The translations under genes and the position numbers were made by a program. The notes beneath the pieces are model-generated. The model did not search any database. It saw nothing but the letters and a program-made list of their open reading frames with translations, and was not told the DNA's origin. Source: Mobula hypostoma (lineage: Eukaryota). Taken from it: a stretch of 64,000 nt of DNA. The stretch lies in the NCBI RefSeq assembly GCF_963921235.1, contig NC_086126.1:18042001-18106000 (forward strand), read 5' to 3'. Positions 12,982 through 26,399 of this stretch are shown here, in pieces (positions within the stretch are counted from its first letter, which is position 1; each line of letters begins with the position of its first letter).

Positions 12982-15900
12982 CATAGAAACATAGAAAACC
13001 TACAGCACAATACAGGCCCTTCAGCCCACAAAGCTGTGCGGAACATGTCCTTACCTTAGAATTATCTAGGCTTACCCATAGTCCTCTGTGTTTGTAAGCT
13101 CCATGTATCCATCCCGGAGTCTCTTAAAAGACCCTATCATTTCCGCCTCCACCATGGCCACTGGCAGCCAAGTCCATGCAATCACCACTCTCTACGTTTA
13201 TATATAAAAAAAAATCTCCTCTCTACCTACATCCAAGCACCTTAAAACTATGTCCTCGCATGTTAGCCATTTTAGCCCTGGGAAAAAGCCTCTGGCTATT
13301 CACACGATCAACGCCTCTCATTATCTTGTACACCCTATCAGGTCACCTCTCATCCTCCATCACTCCAAGGAGTAAAGGCCGAGTTCACTCAACCTATTCT
13401 CATAAGGCACGCTCTCCAATCCAGGCAACATCCTTGCAAATCTCCTCTGCACTCTTTCTATGGTTGCCACATGCTTCCTGTAGTGAAGCGAACAGAATCG
13501 AGCATGTACTCAAAGTGGGGTCTGACCAGGGTCCTATATAGCTGCAACATTACCTCTCGGCTCTTAAACTCAATCCCATGGTTGATGAAGGCCAATGCAC
13601 CATATGCCTTTTTAACCAGAATCAACCTGTTTGGCAGCTTTGAGTATCCTATGAGCATGTACCCCAAGATCCCTCTGATCCTCCACACTGCCAAGAGTCT
13701 TACCATTAATGCTATATTCTGACATCATTTTTGACCTACCTCACTGAACCACCTCACACTTATCTGGGTTGAACTCCATCTGCCATTTCTCAGCCCAGTT
13801 TTGTATCCTCCCAATGTCCCGCTGTCACTTCTGACAGCCCTCCACACTATCCACAACACCTCCAACCTTTGTGTCATCAGCAAATTTATTAACCCATTCC
13901 TCCACTTCCTCATTCAGGTTATTTATAAACATCATGAACAATAGGGGTCCCAGAACAGATCCCTGAGGCACACCACTGGTCACCGACCTCCATGCAGAAT
14001 ATGACCTATCTACAACGACTCTTTGCCTTCTGTGGGCAAGCCCATTCTGGATCCACAAAGGAACGTTCCCTTGGATCCCATGCCTCCTTACTTTCTCAAT
14101 AAGCCTTGCATAGGGTACCTTCTCAAATGCCTTGCTGAAATCCATATACACTATGCCTACTGCTTTACTTTCATTATGTGTTTAGTGAAATCCACAAAAA
14201 ATTTGATCAGGCTCATACGGCATGACCTGCCTTTGAGAAAGCCATGCTGACTATTCCTAATCATATCATGCCCCTTCAAATGTACATAAATCCTGTCTCT
14301 CGGGATCTTCACCATCAATTTACCAATCACCAAAGTAAGAATCACTGGTCTATAATTTCCTGGGCTATCTCTACTCTCTTTCTTGAATAAGGGAACAACT
14401 TCCGTAACCCTCCAAACCTCCGGAACCTCTCCCATCCTCCTTGAAGATGCAAAGATCATCTCCAGAGGCTCAGCCATCTCCTCCCTCACTTCCAACAGTA
14501 GCCAGGGGTACATCCTGTCCGGTCCCAGTGACTTATCCAACTTGATGCTTTCCAAAAGCTCCAGCACATCCTTAATATCGATCTGCTCAAGCTTTTCAGT
14601 TGCCTGCAAGTCATCCCTACTGTTAGAGTGAGTATTTTTGGGTAGATGATTAGTTTACACATAAATCACTTTGGCCACCAGACTTCTATTTGACAAAGTA
14701 CTGTGGATTGAGTCCTCAACAATGCGCTTCCGAAAAAGGTGTGAATACCAGATGCTTCTGGCGCCGTAGTTTGACCAGATGCTGTAGTTTTGAAGACAGT
14801 ATTATCTATACTTCATAAATATTAATTGTCTTCTATTGTAGCATGTAAAATGCTAAATAAACGTACTGTGGATTTAACTTGCATTCCTAAAGGCTGTGGA
14901 TACCAAGGATGAAGTCAGAAGGTGTGATGTTTTTTATGTAGCATCGAAAGGAAGCATTGTGTGTGCATTGTCTATAAATTTTTAAGTAGCAATTGCCTTT
15001 GTGTTTAGCATATAAATATCGAGCCCGCAATGGGCTAGCAGTTCTTTCTACCGAAAGCATCTCTGTCCATATGATGCCTCCTGTACCTTGTTGTGTCAAA
15101 TAAAGAAGCTGCTTTGTATCTACCAGTAACTCTGTCTCTCCAGTGATTTCATCCATGCTACAACCCCTACAATTGCCAAGATCCTTTTCTGTAGTGAATA
15201 CTGAAGCAAAGTATTCATTAAGTACCTCTGCTTTCTCCTCCGGTTCCATTCATATTTTTCCACTGTCACACTTGATTTGTCCTATTCTCTTACATCTTGA
15301 CCTCTTGCTCTTCACATACTTATAGAACGCCTTGGGGTTTTCCTTCACCCTGTCTGCCAAGGCCTTCACATGGCCCCTTCTGGCTCTCCTAATTTCATTC
15401 TTAAGCTCCTTCCTGCAATCCTTGTAATCTTCTAGATTCATATCATTACCTAGTTTTTTTGAATCTTTCATAAGCTCTTCTTTTCTCCTCGACTAGATTT
15501 ACAACAGCCTTTGTACACCACGGTACCTGTACCCTCCCATCCTTTCCCTGTCTCATTAGAATGTTCCCTGAGAACATCTGTTTCCAATTTATGCTTCCAA
15601 GTTCTTGCCTGATAGCCTCATATTTCCCCTTACTCCAATTAAATGTTACCCTAACTTGTCTGTTCCTATTCCTCTCCTATACTATGGTAAAGGAGATAGA
15701 ATTGTGATCACTATATCCAAAATGCCCTCCCACTGAGAGACCTGACACCTGACCAGGTTCATCTCCCAATACCAGATCAAGTACAGCCTCTCTTCTTGTA
15801 GACTTATCTACATATTGTGTCAAGAAACCTTCCTGAACACACCTAACAAACTCCACCCCATCTAAACTCCTCATGCTAGGAAGATGCCATTCAACATTTG

Positions 15901-17088
15901 GGCAAATTAAAATCTCCCCCCACAACAACCTTGCTATTGTTACACCACTGCAGAATCTGTCTCCCTATCTGCTCCTCGATGTTCCTGTTACTATTGGGTG
16001 GTCTATTAAAAAAAACACCCTGTAGAGTTATTGACCCCTTCCTATTCCTAACTTCTCCCCAAAGAGTCTCCGTAGACAACCCCTCCATGACTTCTTCCAT
16101 TTCTGCAGCCCTCAAACCATCGGTCTGAGTGTGTCCCTTCTCTATCACCTGTCTATTCTCCTTTTCCAAGTTTTCTCTATTTGAGTGCCAACCTCCCTTT
16201 CCTCCGTCACTTCAGTTCGGTTCTCACCCACCAGCAATTCTAGTTTAAACTCTCCCCAGTGGCCTTAGCAAACCTCCCTGCCAGGATATTGGTCCCCTTG
16301 GGATTCAATTGCAACTCGTCCTTTTTGTACAGGTCACACCTGCCCCAAAAGAGGTCCCAATGATCCAGAAATCTGAATCCCTGCCCCCTTCTCCAATCCC
16401 TCAGCCAGGTATTTATCCTCCACCTCATTCTATTCCTATACTCACTGTCACGTGGCACAGGCAGTAATCCCGAGATTACTACCTTTGAGTGCCTGCTGCT
16501 CAACTTCCTTCCTAACTCCCTGTTGTCTGTTTTCAGGACCTCCTCCCTTTTTCTACATATGTCGTTGGTACCAATATGTACCACAACCTCTGGCTGTTCT
16601 CCTTCCCACTTCAAGATATCATGGACGCGATTAGAAACATCCCGGACCCTGGCACCTGGGTGGCAAAATCACCATCCGTGTTTTTTTCCTGCGTCCATAG
16701 AATTGCTTGTCCAACCCCCTAACTATAGATTCCCCTATCACTGCTGCCATCCTCTTCCTTTCCCTGCCCTTCTGAGCCACAGGGTCAGATTCTGTGCCCG
16801 AGGCGTGGCCACTGTTTTTCCTCCAGGTAGCTTGTTTCCCACCCCCCCACTAACAGTACTGAAACAGGAGTACTTATTGTTATGTATGACAGACACTGGG
16901 GTACTCTCTAGCATCTGCCTCTTGCCCTTCCCTCTCCAGACTGTTACCCACTTATCTGTCTCCCCAGGCCCCGGAGTGACTACCTGCCTATAGCTCCTCT
17001 CTATCACATCCTCACTTTCCCTGACCAGACGAAGGTCATCGAGCTGCATCTCCAGTTCCCTAACACTGTCCAAAAGGAGCTGCAGCTC
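12982..17088 (-). mobile_element. Near-full-length degenerate CR1 (ORF1 with SGNH esterase, ORF2 APE-RT)
   Basis: ORF1 pieces RELEMQLDDLRLVRE and QPEVVVHIGTND..KVVISGLLP. ORF2 pieces YMDFSKAFEKVP, SGVPQGSVLGP and KFADDTK. Tail CATAGAAACATAGAAA. Confidence 0.9.
14621..15165 (+). mobile_element. Solo LTR (TGTT...AAC[C], possibly BEL/Pao type) inside CR1
   Basis: CCTAC target duplication (14616-14620 and 15166-15170), TATAAA at about 15011 and AATAAA at about 15098. The host CR1 frame (KDLGNCR|DDLQATEKLE) rejoins when the element is removed. Confidence 0.75.
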
Positions 17089-17089
17089 C

Positions 17090-18700
17090 TGGATTCTTGT
17101 TATTTCCCTTCTTGATCAAAGTTGTAGCATTTGCTACACTCCAGTCCTGTGGGACCTCACGTTGTAATTTAGCACACACTGTTCCTTGTCAAATCCCCAG
17201 AAATCTGTTCACTTGCTTCTTTGACTATTGTAGTATATATGCCTTCAGGTCCTGAAATCTTATCCATCTTATTGCTTTTCAAATATCCCAGCAAGACCTC
17301 TTCCTTAATCTCAACACATCTCTGCATATTAGCATGTCCCACTCTGTTTTCATTGCCATTCAATTCCTTCTCCTCAGTAAATACTGACACAACGTACTCA
17401 TTCAGTACCTCAGCCACTTGGTCTGACTTCAACCACATCATTCCTCCTTTAATCTTGAGTCGTCCTTTCCATTCTCTAGTTACAAATCAAAAGGCCTTGG
17501 GATTATCTTTTGTCCCATATTACAAGGACAGTTTGTAGCCCCATTTGGCCTTTCCTATCACCTGCTTTAGCATTTCCCTGCCATCTTTATATTCCAAAGG
17601 TATCCAGTCTGATTTTAGCTTCATATCGTTTTGTCTTTATCTAGGATCTCCCTGCTCACCCAAAGTTCCCTTTCTCAGCATCCTTCTCACTCCTCACCGG
17701 AACATGCTGATCCTGAACCCAGAGTTGCTGGTCTGTAAACAACTCCCATATGTCAGATGTGGACTTGTCTGACAGTGGCTGCTCCCAATCAATGCCCCTT
17801 GGCTCCTGACTTCTCCGTCCTGAGTTGTCCTCCTGCAGATTAGTACCTTCATACCAGATCTAATTTTATTTTTACTTGTAACTAAGAAAAACAAAGTTGT
17901 GAATACTGTTCCCAAAATGTTCACTGATTCTCAGCTGTCACCTGCCCTATCTCATTTCCAAAACTAGTTACCGTATGTTCTCAACTCTGGTTGGGCCCCT
18001 GTACATAATGTTTCAAACACTCCTCGGATTCACTGAAGAAATCTTGTGCATCTCAGAATTAAGCATGTTCCAGTAATTCTAGGGAACTAGTTATTGTGGG
18101 GCCAAACAAATATCTCAACAATGTAACTGCAGATTGCCTCTGAAAATGAACCCTCCAGTTTGCTGTGACATTCCCAGTGGGGTAACCTCTGCATCTTTTA
18201 ACCCCCACTCACATGTAAAACAATGAAACCCAGGAATGTTGAGCTGCCAGCCCTGTCCGTCGGACAACACAAACTCCTAATGTTGAAATAACCTCATTTC
18301 AGCCCATCAGTCCCACCATGTTTATTAGCCTGATATCGGTTGTCGTTCTTTTCAGACTGTTTTGTCATACATACATTCTCCCACTTGCTACTCCAGTTCA
18401 AACTCTGCCAAGTGACACCATCAAACCTCCTCGTGAAGATATTGGTTCCCGTCCGGTTCAGATGCAAATGGTCTTGTTTGTCCCGGTCTCCCACTTGCCT
18501 GGAAGGGAACCCATTGATCCATAAATCTGAAGACCTCCCTCCTGCTCAGTTCCTCAGCAACCTCTTAAACTGTACGAAATATCGATTTCTCACCACACTG
18601 GCACGTGGTTTAGGTCACAATTCCGAGATTAAAATCCTGGAAGTCCTGCTTTTTTAAACTAGTTCCCGAAAATCAATTTATAGGACCTCGTCCCTGCTCG
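17090..18700 (-). mobile_element. Older, heavily decayed CR1 (esterase and ORF2 remnants)
   Basis: VAEVLNEYVVSVFTEE..DK.SGPEGIY and LHLNRTGTNIF..RF. The paralog lies at about 61200-62790. Confidence 0.75.
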
Positions 18701-19203
18701 TTTAAACCCTTTCGTGTAGCTCGAGGGAATCTTCCCGTAACATATTGTCTCCCCTCCTCCTTGGACCCGTCTCTCGTTTCCCTTGAGACCCAATGATCCT
18801 TGTACCTGAAGACCCACCCACCCCACACCAGCCCCTCAGCCACTTCTTTACCTGGGCTTTAGAAGGTGACAGAAGCGCGGTCTATATATCTGGTTATGTA
18901 TCCTGTTCCTTTATGTGACCGGTCTTTCATTTCCCTGGCTACCCAGAGGAACAATTGTATTAATGAATCAACCCTCTCATCACTGGAAGTGACTGCACCC
19001 TCGCCCACCAACTGCTGTGTGTGAGGGCGCTCGCACTGGTCATGGGGCCGGGGAGGGACAGACCGAGATCCTCGGCGATTTGCAGAATGGAAAAGCACTT
19101 CCTATAATTTAAAGCAGCAAATTCCTATTAATACTTCAGTGGTGTGTCAGGGAATATTTTTTTCTCTCTCTGGAGCGCTTTGTGTCGGATGAATCGTTGG
19201 AAA

Positions 19204-19346
19204 TTGGCGGTTGTGGTAAAGTGAAGGCGGAGCTGGACGATGAGAGGCCGCTCTCGGCTCTGTCCGTCACTCTGACTCCTCACCTCCCCTCCCCGCCTCT
19301 GTCTCTCTGCGCGTTTCTCGGGCAGGTCGGGGCGCTGTGTATAAAA
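19204..19346 (+). promoter_or_regulatory. H4 promoter (E2F-like TTGGCGG, GC-rich boxes, TATA box)
   Basis: TTGGCGG at 19204, CCCCGCC box, and TATAAAA at 19340-19346, about 55 bp before the ATG. Confidence 0.65.
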
Positions 19347-19400
19347 GGAGACAGCAGCAGGCAGTTTGTTAGTGAGCAGCGACCTGAGTGAAGCAGCATC

Positions 19401-19685
19401 ATGTCTGGCAGAGGGAAAGGAGGCAAAGGACTGGGCAAAGGCGGAGCCAAGCCGCACCGTAAAATGCTCCGTGATAACATCCAGGACATCACCAAACCGG
19501 CCATCCGCCGTCTGGCTCGCCGTGGCGGCGTCAAGCGGATCTCGGGTCTGATCTACGAGGAGACCCGCGGGGTGCTGAACGTTTTCCTGGAGAACGTGAT
19601 ATGGGATGCGGTCACGGTCACTGCCATGGATGTGTTGTACGCTCTGAAACGCCAGGGCCGCACTCTCTATGGCTTCGGCGGCTGA
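19401..19685 (+). pseudogene. H4: Histone H4 pseudogene
   Basis: 94-aa H4 with in-frame loss of YTEHAKRKT (27 nt) and R17P, V21M, G28D, K59N, R67W and V87L in a near-invariant protein. Confidence 0.9.
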
Positions 19686-19718
19686 AAAACTCTCACTTCC
19701 TCCCGAGCACAACACAAA

Positions 19719-19734
19719 GGCTCTACTAAGAGCC
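19719..19734 (+). promoter_or_regulatory. Histone 3' stem-loop (loop mutated)
   Basis: GGCTCT-ACTA-AGAGCC. The first loop base is A rather than the conserved T. Confidence 0.85.
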
Positions 19735-20070
19735 ACTCACAGACGGAGCCGTATCCACAGACTTTTAGATTTTAAAAAATATACTCAGCTGAGTTGCATT
19801 TGAAACAGACTGATCGGTTCCGCTTGAAACATTCTGTAATTCTGCCTTTCCAGTCGGTGATTACCCCAAAACCTGCATTAGGATCGATCTTAATCCTCTT
19901 ATCAGTTTCGAATAGAAATCAGTTCACTCGTTTAGAGAACGATTCTGTAGTTGTGCATTTCAATCTTGACTGAGGAAATTAGATATTAAATGAAACTGAA
20001 ATTGAATAATCCGTCATACAATTAATTGTAAATAAAATGTAATCAAGCACCGTTGCTGGGTGCTCTGAAA

Positions 20071-20285
20071 TTGGCGGGCGATTTGAAATTAATTCTGGGC
20101 CAATGACGCTGCATTCTCATTGGATGAAGTCCAACCGCCAGTCAACAGTTTGTCCATTTTGTCGTAAATTGTTATTCGCCGCCAGTCTGCAGGAAATAAA
20201 TCAACCAATCGCAGTAAGGAACCTTAATAGACACCTGTTTCAGCCAATGAAAGCTGATGGGAAGACCCTTTCCAACAGTATAAAA
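20071..20285 (+). promoter_or_regulatory. H3 promoter: E2F/CDE-CHR-like element, CCAAT boxes, TATA
   Basis: TTGGCGG-GCGA-TTTGAA at 20071-20087, CCAAT at 20205 and 20244, TATAAAA at 20279-20285. Confidence 0.75.
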
Positions 20286-20349
20286 TCCTGTCCCGGAGTA
20301 CGTTTCGTCTATCTTGTTCCTGTGTTTCAACCTGCGTTCTCGGTTCTGA

Positions 20350-20751
<402 letters not shown>

Positions 20752-20780
20752 ACCCGGCCTCCACAACAAACCCAAGAAAA

Positions 20781-20796
20781 GGCTCTTTTAAGAGCC
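20781..20796 (+). promoter_or_regulatory. Histone 3' stem-loop of H3
   Basis: GGCTCT-TTTA-AGAGCC followed by a purine-rich HDE-like AAAGGAAAGGG. Confidence 0.92.
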
Positions 20797-21609
20797 ACGA
20801 TCACAGCAAAGGAAAGGGTTGTCGCTTGCTGATTATTGTATTGTAGTGGCGATCTGCCCTCCTGATGGCGTTGTTCGGTTTTGCACTGACTGACCGCGAT
20901 CATCAGCTGTTCTGTGCCGTCTGGTTGATTCAGTGAGGGACAGGAGATGAACGCGCTCCTTCCCCGTCAGGGTCTCACTTGGCCCTTCACTTCTCCCACA
21001 AGCCTGCCATATACAGCTGGTGCGGCTGTTCCGTTATGTTTGCTTTGGACATGCCCGGCTGTCCTTGGAGTGGGAGCATGCGGTCGCGATGGGTACAGTG
21101 GGGGATTTCCGAGAGCGGTGGCCCCCCCCCCCCGGCTTCAATTACATTTTTGATTTTACTCTTGTAATTGTTGTGTAAATAAACTTTTGTAGCTGGTACA
21201 TGATTGAAGGTCAGTCGGCAAAGTCACCGGGTAGTTTATCATACACCTTCCCCCTGCAGTCCATCCCCAGGGACAGATCCGTCTCTCAAGACGCCCCTCC
21301 CCTCTCATGTAAATTTCAGCTGAATCGGGCTTTGTGATGCGAGGCGCGGAATCTCAGTCACGCTCTCCTGGAGCGGGAGAAGGAACTGGACCTTCAGACC
21401 ACTCCACCGGTCTCACTCTCTCTCTAACTCACACGCAGCCCGAGTGAAACGCAGTGTTTCACGTCAAATCTCGGACACCACGGCCGCAAAGAATGTCAGA
21501 GAGGTACCGGGAATATCGGGTTTTATGCGAGAAGTTTCCCCGCAAAACTCAGTCGGACCCGCAGCGGGAATCACAATATTCATGATCAGCTCTCTTCTGA
21601 GATGTGGGT

Positions 21610-21625
21610 GGCTCTGAGAAGAGCC
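21610..21625 (-). promoter_or_regulatory. Histone 3' stem-loop of H1
   Basis: Minus strand GGCTCT-TCTC-AGAGCC-ACCCA, then AGAAGAGAGCTG (HDE-like). Confidence 0.92.
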
Positions 21626-21661
21626 GTTGGGTTCAAACACTTACAAATGGTATATCTCAAT

Positions 21662-22207
21662 TCACTTTTTGACTGCTGTCTTTTTGGCCGCTTTCTTCTT
21701 CGGGGCTAAGAGTTTCTTGGGGCTCTTTGGCTTCGGCGCCGCTGGTTTCTTAGCTGCTGCTTTTTCAGCCGCTGGTTTCTTAGCTGCCGCTTTCTTAGCC
21801 GCTGGTTTCTTGGCGCCAGACTTCTTGCCGGGAGATTTCTTTGCCGGTGGCTTGTTCGCTTTCCTCACCGCTTTCACGGCACTTTTTACTTGACCGGATT
21901 TAAAGAATCTCGAAAGACCCGCGCCCTTGGTCTGAACCAAGGAGCCGCTTTCCACTCTCTTCTTGATGCACATCCTGATCTGGGCGCGACGTTTCCCCAC
22001 ATCGACACCGCTGCTGGTCAGAGCCTTCATGATGGCCACAGCGGACATCCCCTTCCTATCGCGACAATCCGCCACAATCTTATCGATTTGTTCGCCCAGT
22101 TTGGGACCGGCTGGTTTGCTCCGGCCGGCCGCCTTCTTCTTGGGACTCTTCTTTGCGGCGGCGGGTGCGGCTGGAGGAGCCGTTTAGGCGGGTGCTGTCT
22201 CGGTCAT
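21662..22207 (-). pseudogene. H1: Linker histone H1 pseudogene (nonsense at codon 8)
   Basis: ATG ACC GAG ACA GCA CCC GCC TAA; the paralog has GAA here. The remaining frame is open, with a globular domain (LVQTKGAGLS) and a K/A/P-rich tail. H1 box AAACACA lies at 22337-22343. Confidence 0.9.
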
Positions 22208-22745
22208 GTCGGCGACTCTGGAAAATGCTTCTCACAATCAGACTGAATGAGAAATGAAGCGAAAGGCGGGGGCGCAGAGCATTTTAAAGGCAGAGAGCGG
22301 ACATCCTCCTGTCAGTTGCTGGCGGCTTCATTTTTCTGTGTTTCTCTCTCCTCAAAAACTCTCCGATTCCAATTAAAATCGGACACTCCGTAGACTCGGA
22401 CTGGTCCCTGTCCGTCACTGAGGCCGGAAAGTTCGCTAGAAAGAGAGTTCAATCGGGATTAAAGGCAGCACTTTCTATCTTAACCCGTTTCATTACTGCA
22501 CTGCCCGCGATCTCTCTCCATATTGATAACCTGTTCTCTGCTTTTCGGCTGAAATTTTGAAACTAACTAAAACTTTGCGGTTAATTCCCGCTTCGGGACT
22601 GAGCTGGGGAGTGGGGCGATCCCGTAACAGAGAAATCTTTTCATTTTGTACAGGAGGCGCTGGGAAATCTGGCGATGCGTTCGGACCTACAAACACAGTG
22701 ATACTCGTCTAATCCACCCGCCGCTTTAAAACACTCTCTCTGAAT

Positions 22746-22865
22746 CAGCAAGTCAGGCAGCATCAATGGTGGGAATAAACAGTCGACATTTCGGGCCGAG
22801 ACCCTTCATCAGGAGTCTGGTGGGAGATGCTCCCTGACTTGCTGGGTTCCTCCAGCATTTTGTCC
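22746..22865 (-). mobile_element. Palindromic Penelope pseudo-LTR derivative containing a hammerhead motif (22780-22815)
   Basis: Inverted arms CAGCAAGTCAGGCAGCATC and GATGCTCCCTGACTTGCTG flank the minus-strand motif CTGATGA-A-GGGTCTCGGCCC-GAAA-TG-TC-GACTG. Confidence 0.7.
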
Positions 22866-22989
22866 GCGTTGTTCGCCATTCCCAGAATCTCTTGGCGTTA
22901 TGCTGACACAATGTTCACATCTGCACCTTCAGAGGCCTGTACTGCTGTCAAAATAAAACGACAGGTTCCTCGTCATATAACACAGTGAT

Positions 22990-25133
22990 AAATCTGATTC
23001 TGATTCCAAGGAATAAAGAACAAAGGACATTGTCTGGCCAAACTCTGTGTAACTGAGAACCTCGGGTCCGGGAAACATCCTTGGAAATCTTTTCTGCACT
23101 CTCCCCAGTTTAACCACGTTTCCTATAACGGTGACAAGAGCTGTACACAAATCGGCAAGTGTGGCCTCCAGTCACTTACACAACTGTAACATAATGTCAC
23201 AACTAATATACTCAATCCCCTGATTAATGAAGACCAGCATGCTAAACCCCGTTCTTCACCACCCTGTCTGCAAGTGACACAACTTTCAATGAACTGTGTG
23301 TGCACTTTACCCCTCAATCTCACCGGCCCATTCCACTCCCCAATGACCGATCATTCATAGTGTGACTTCTACACTGGTTTGACTTTCCAATATGCACCGC
23401 CTCACACTTATCTGTATTGAAATGCATTTGCCACACTTGACCCTCTTCCTTAAATGATCACGAGCACCCTGTAATCTGCGACAAGCTTCCAAGTAAAGTT
23501 GAGGGAAGTTATTCCAACTCATTAATAAACCTTTTGTGCACTGGCATTGATCAGTGAAGGTGATTAGTATCAAAATCAAAATCATGTTCATTATCACGGA
23601 CATATGTCATGAACTTTGTTGTTTTGCTACAACAGTACAGAGTAATTTCTAATAAAATACCAGTTAAAATAAGAAATATAGAATAAACTAAATAGTGTAA
23701 AAAGAGGATCAGGGAGGGGCGTGAGTCCGAAGATGAGAATCAGAAACCTAAAACCTTGTCCATTCTTGCCTCTTTTACTCTTCATATATCTGAAAATAAA
23801 TCTTTCTATATCTTGTTTCTATTATGGGCCAGTTACTTTCATAGTTCTTCCAACTTCTGCATATTGCTATTATAGTTGTGCTCTGTTTTTTGAAAGTTTC
23901 ATAATCCTTTCCTTCCCATTAATTTTAGTGATATTCTTTGCCCTCTCATGTTCTTTTATGCTGCCTTTGTCTTCTGTTGTTAGTGATGTTTGCCTCATCC
24001 TCCCTTTTAAATACTGTTTCTGCTGAGGGATGAACCGATCCTGTGTCTGCCAAATTTCTCCTGGAGACTGAAACTTTTCATACAAGGTAATATGAGGAAG
24101 TTGAAATGCCCAACTGCTGTAAGCTTGTTCCCGTTACCCCTCTGTGTGATTTACCAACATGTCTGCTGCACAATATCTGAGCCTATTGGGAGGCCAGCAG
24201 TATAATCACATCAAAATCATCATTCACCATTTTATTTAAAACCTCTACTTACAAGACCTGATCAAAACCCCTCTTATTACTGCAGTGCTGGTCTCCTTAA
24301 TCAAAGATGCAACATCCCCCATCCATAACATAGCCTTTAAATGTTCCCCCTTCACCTTAAACAATTACCCTGTAAATTTAGGCTTCCCTACCCTGACACA
24401 AAGAGTGATCACCTGCTGATTTTGTAAACCTCTGGACGGTCACTAGGCAGCTCCTTACTCTCTCAGGAGAGAGAACGAGAGTCCCAGTCTGTCCAAGCTT
24501 CTGCTGATAATTCAAGTCCTCCAGTGTCTGTAACATCCTCATCAAACTTCCCTCCACACTTTCCAGCTTCATGACATCCTTCCTGCATCTGGGTGACCAG
24601 AACTGTGCACAATACAGTCTGGTCTCACTTTGACTTTTACAGTTGTCATATGGCATCCCAAATTCTCTACTCAATTCCCTGATCAATGAAGACAAATAGG
24701 CCAAACACCACCTTCATCATCCTGACTACATGGGTTGTCACTTTCAGTGAATGATGTTTCTGTATTTCATGGACCCTCTGTTCTGTAATACTCCCCAAGG
24801 AACAGGAATTTACTGTGCAGGTCCTTCCCTGGTTGAACTTCTCATAATGTAACACCTCACACTTGTCCACGTCAATACCCTTCTGCCATTCTTTGGCCGA
24901 CTTCCCCAGTTAATCTTGATCGCATTGTACTCTTACACAAACATCACTGTCCACTCTACCATCAATATTGCTGTCATCTGCAAACTCACTAATCATGTTA
25001 ACAACAATGTCAGAGAATTTGTTAACATTGATGACAAATGACAGTACCAGCACCGATCCCTGTGACTGTCACTGGTCAGAGGCCTCCAACCTGAATAACA
25101 AGCTGCCACGACCACCTCTGTCTCCTTCCACCA
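22990..25133 (-). mobile_element. Stack of decayed CR1 fragments
   Basis: RVQKRFPRMFPG, DKCEVLHY and YCAQFWSP remnants, mirrored at 53662-57170. Confidence 0.7.
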
Positions 25134-26399
25134 AGACAAGTATCTTGTCTGGCATCCCCTCTGCTCTAAATGTGTAATACAAAAGAAATAAAGATTAAAT
25201 CAAAATATATCTACCTATGGCCTACATCTCTCAGAAGAGACGAAACCTCAACTCCCCACTCCAATTCTGGCCCACTCATACAGTTACCACTCTGTTTAAA
25301 TCTAACTTCTTTTTATTGGATCTTGCTACATTCTGAATTATGGGCAATCAAACATTTCCTTGGGAACTGTGACATGCAAAATGTGCCAACTGCCCATGTT
25401 CACTTCATTCAAACTCCCTCTCACTTTACATAATCTGATGACTATGTGTGTCTGTGGCACTCAAAACTGTGGACTGCAGGAAACCAAAGTACATGCCTGC
25501 ACTGTTCTACAAGGCCACAAATGATAAAAAAAAACACTGTATAACAAACACTGGAATTCCCTAACTGAGATGAATAGGGAGGCTGGATAATTGAAAAGAC
25601 TCAAAGAGAAGGAAGATAAATGTTTTGTAAAATCAGGGAAGTGGGATTGACATACAAGGAAGGCAGATCAGCCTTTATATGGAATTGTGGGTGAGGGACT
25701 TAGAAAGGACACACTGGAGGTTTCATCCAGTGAGACAATGTGGATAGAGCTCAGGATAAGAGAGATGCATTCACTGATTGGGTTATATCACAGGCCTCCC
25801 AAATGCCAGCAGGAGATAAAGGAACAGAAATGTAGCAGGTAATGAAAGATGTAAAAGCAACAGGGTAGTTGCAGTGGGTGACTAATTTCCCCAATGTTGA
25901 CTGGGACTCCCTAAGAGTTGGGCTTAGATATCAGGGAATATGTTTGAAGAATACTGGGATGTTACTTAACATAGAAGTGGATAGTCTAACCCGGGAAGGG
26001 GTTCATAGAAGACATTGTATTGGGAAATGAGCCTGGCCATTGATAGAAGTTTCATTTTTGGAACCGTAAATAAGGACAAGACTGGGCCCAGTGTTAATGT
26101 GGTCATTTGGGGTACAGTTAATTGCAACTGTCTGCATTGAACATGTAAATGATGTTTAATAGCAATCGGGTCAGAATTCAGACTGAACTGTTTCTATGAG
26201 GAGGAAAGACAAGGATGGTAAACTGTGGCAGAGGGGCACAGTGAGAGATGTTATGAATTCAGACTGAAAAAAAAATGTCTCAGAAGTAGAAACTGGAGAA
26301 GGCCTCTGGCAACATGAAGCAAGCAAGAGAGAGGTTGGAGGGAGAATCAGAAGTGTGAAACGGGAAGAAGAAATGATTTTGGTGAGAAGGGACACTGCG

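Noticed and set aside
12982-17088. Active autonomous retrotransposon
   Set aside because: It has multiple frameshifts, stops, deletions and a nested solo LTR. No TE in the window has a complete intact ORF.
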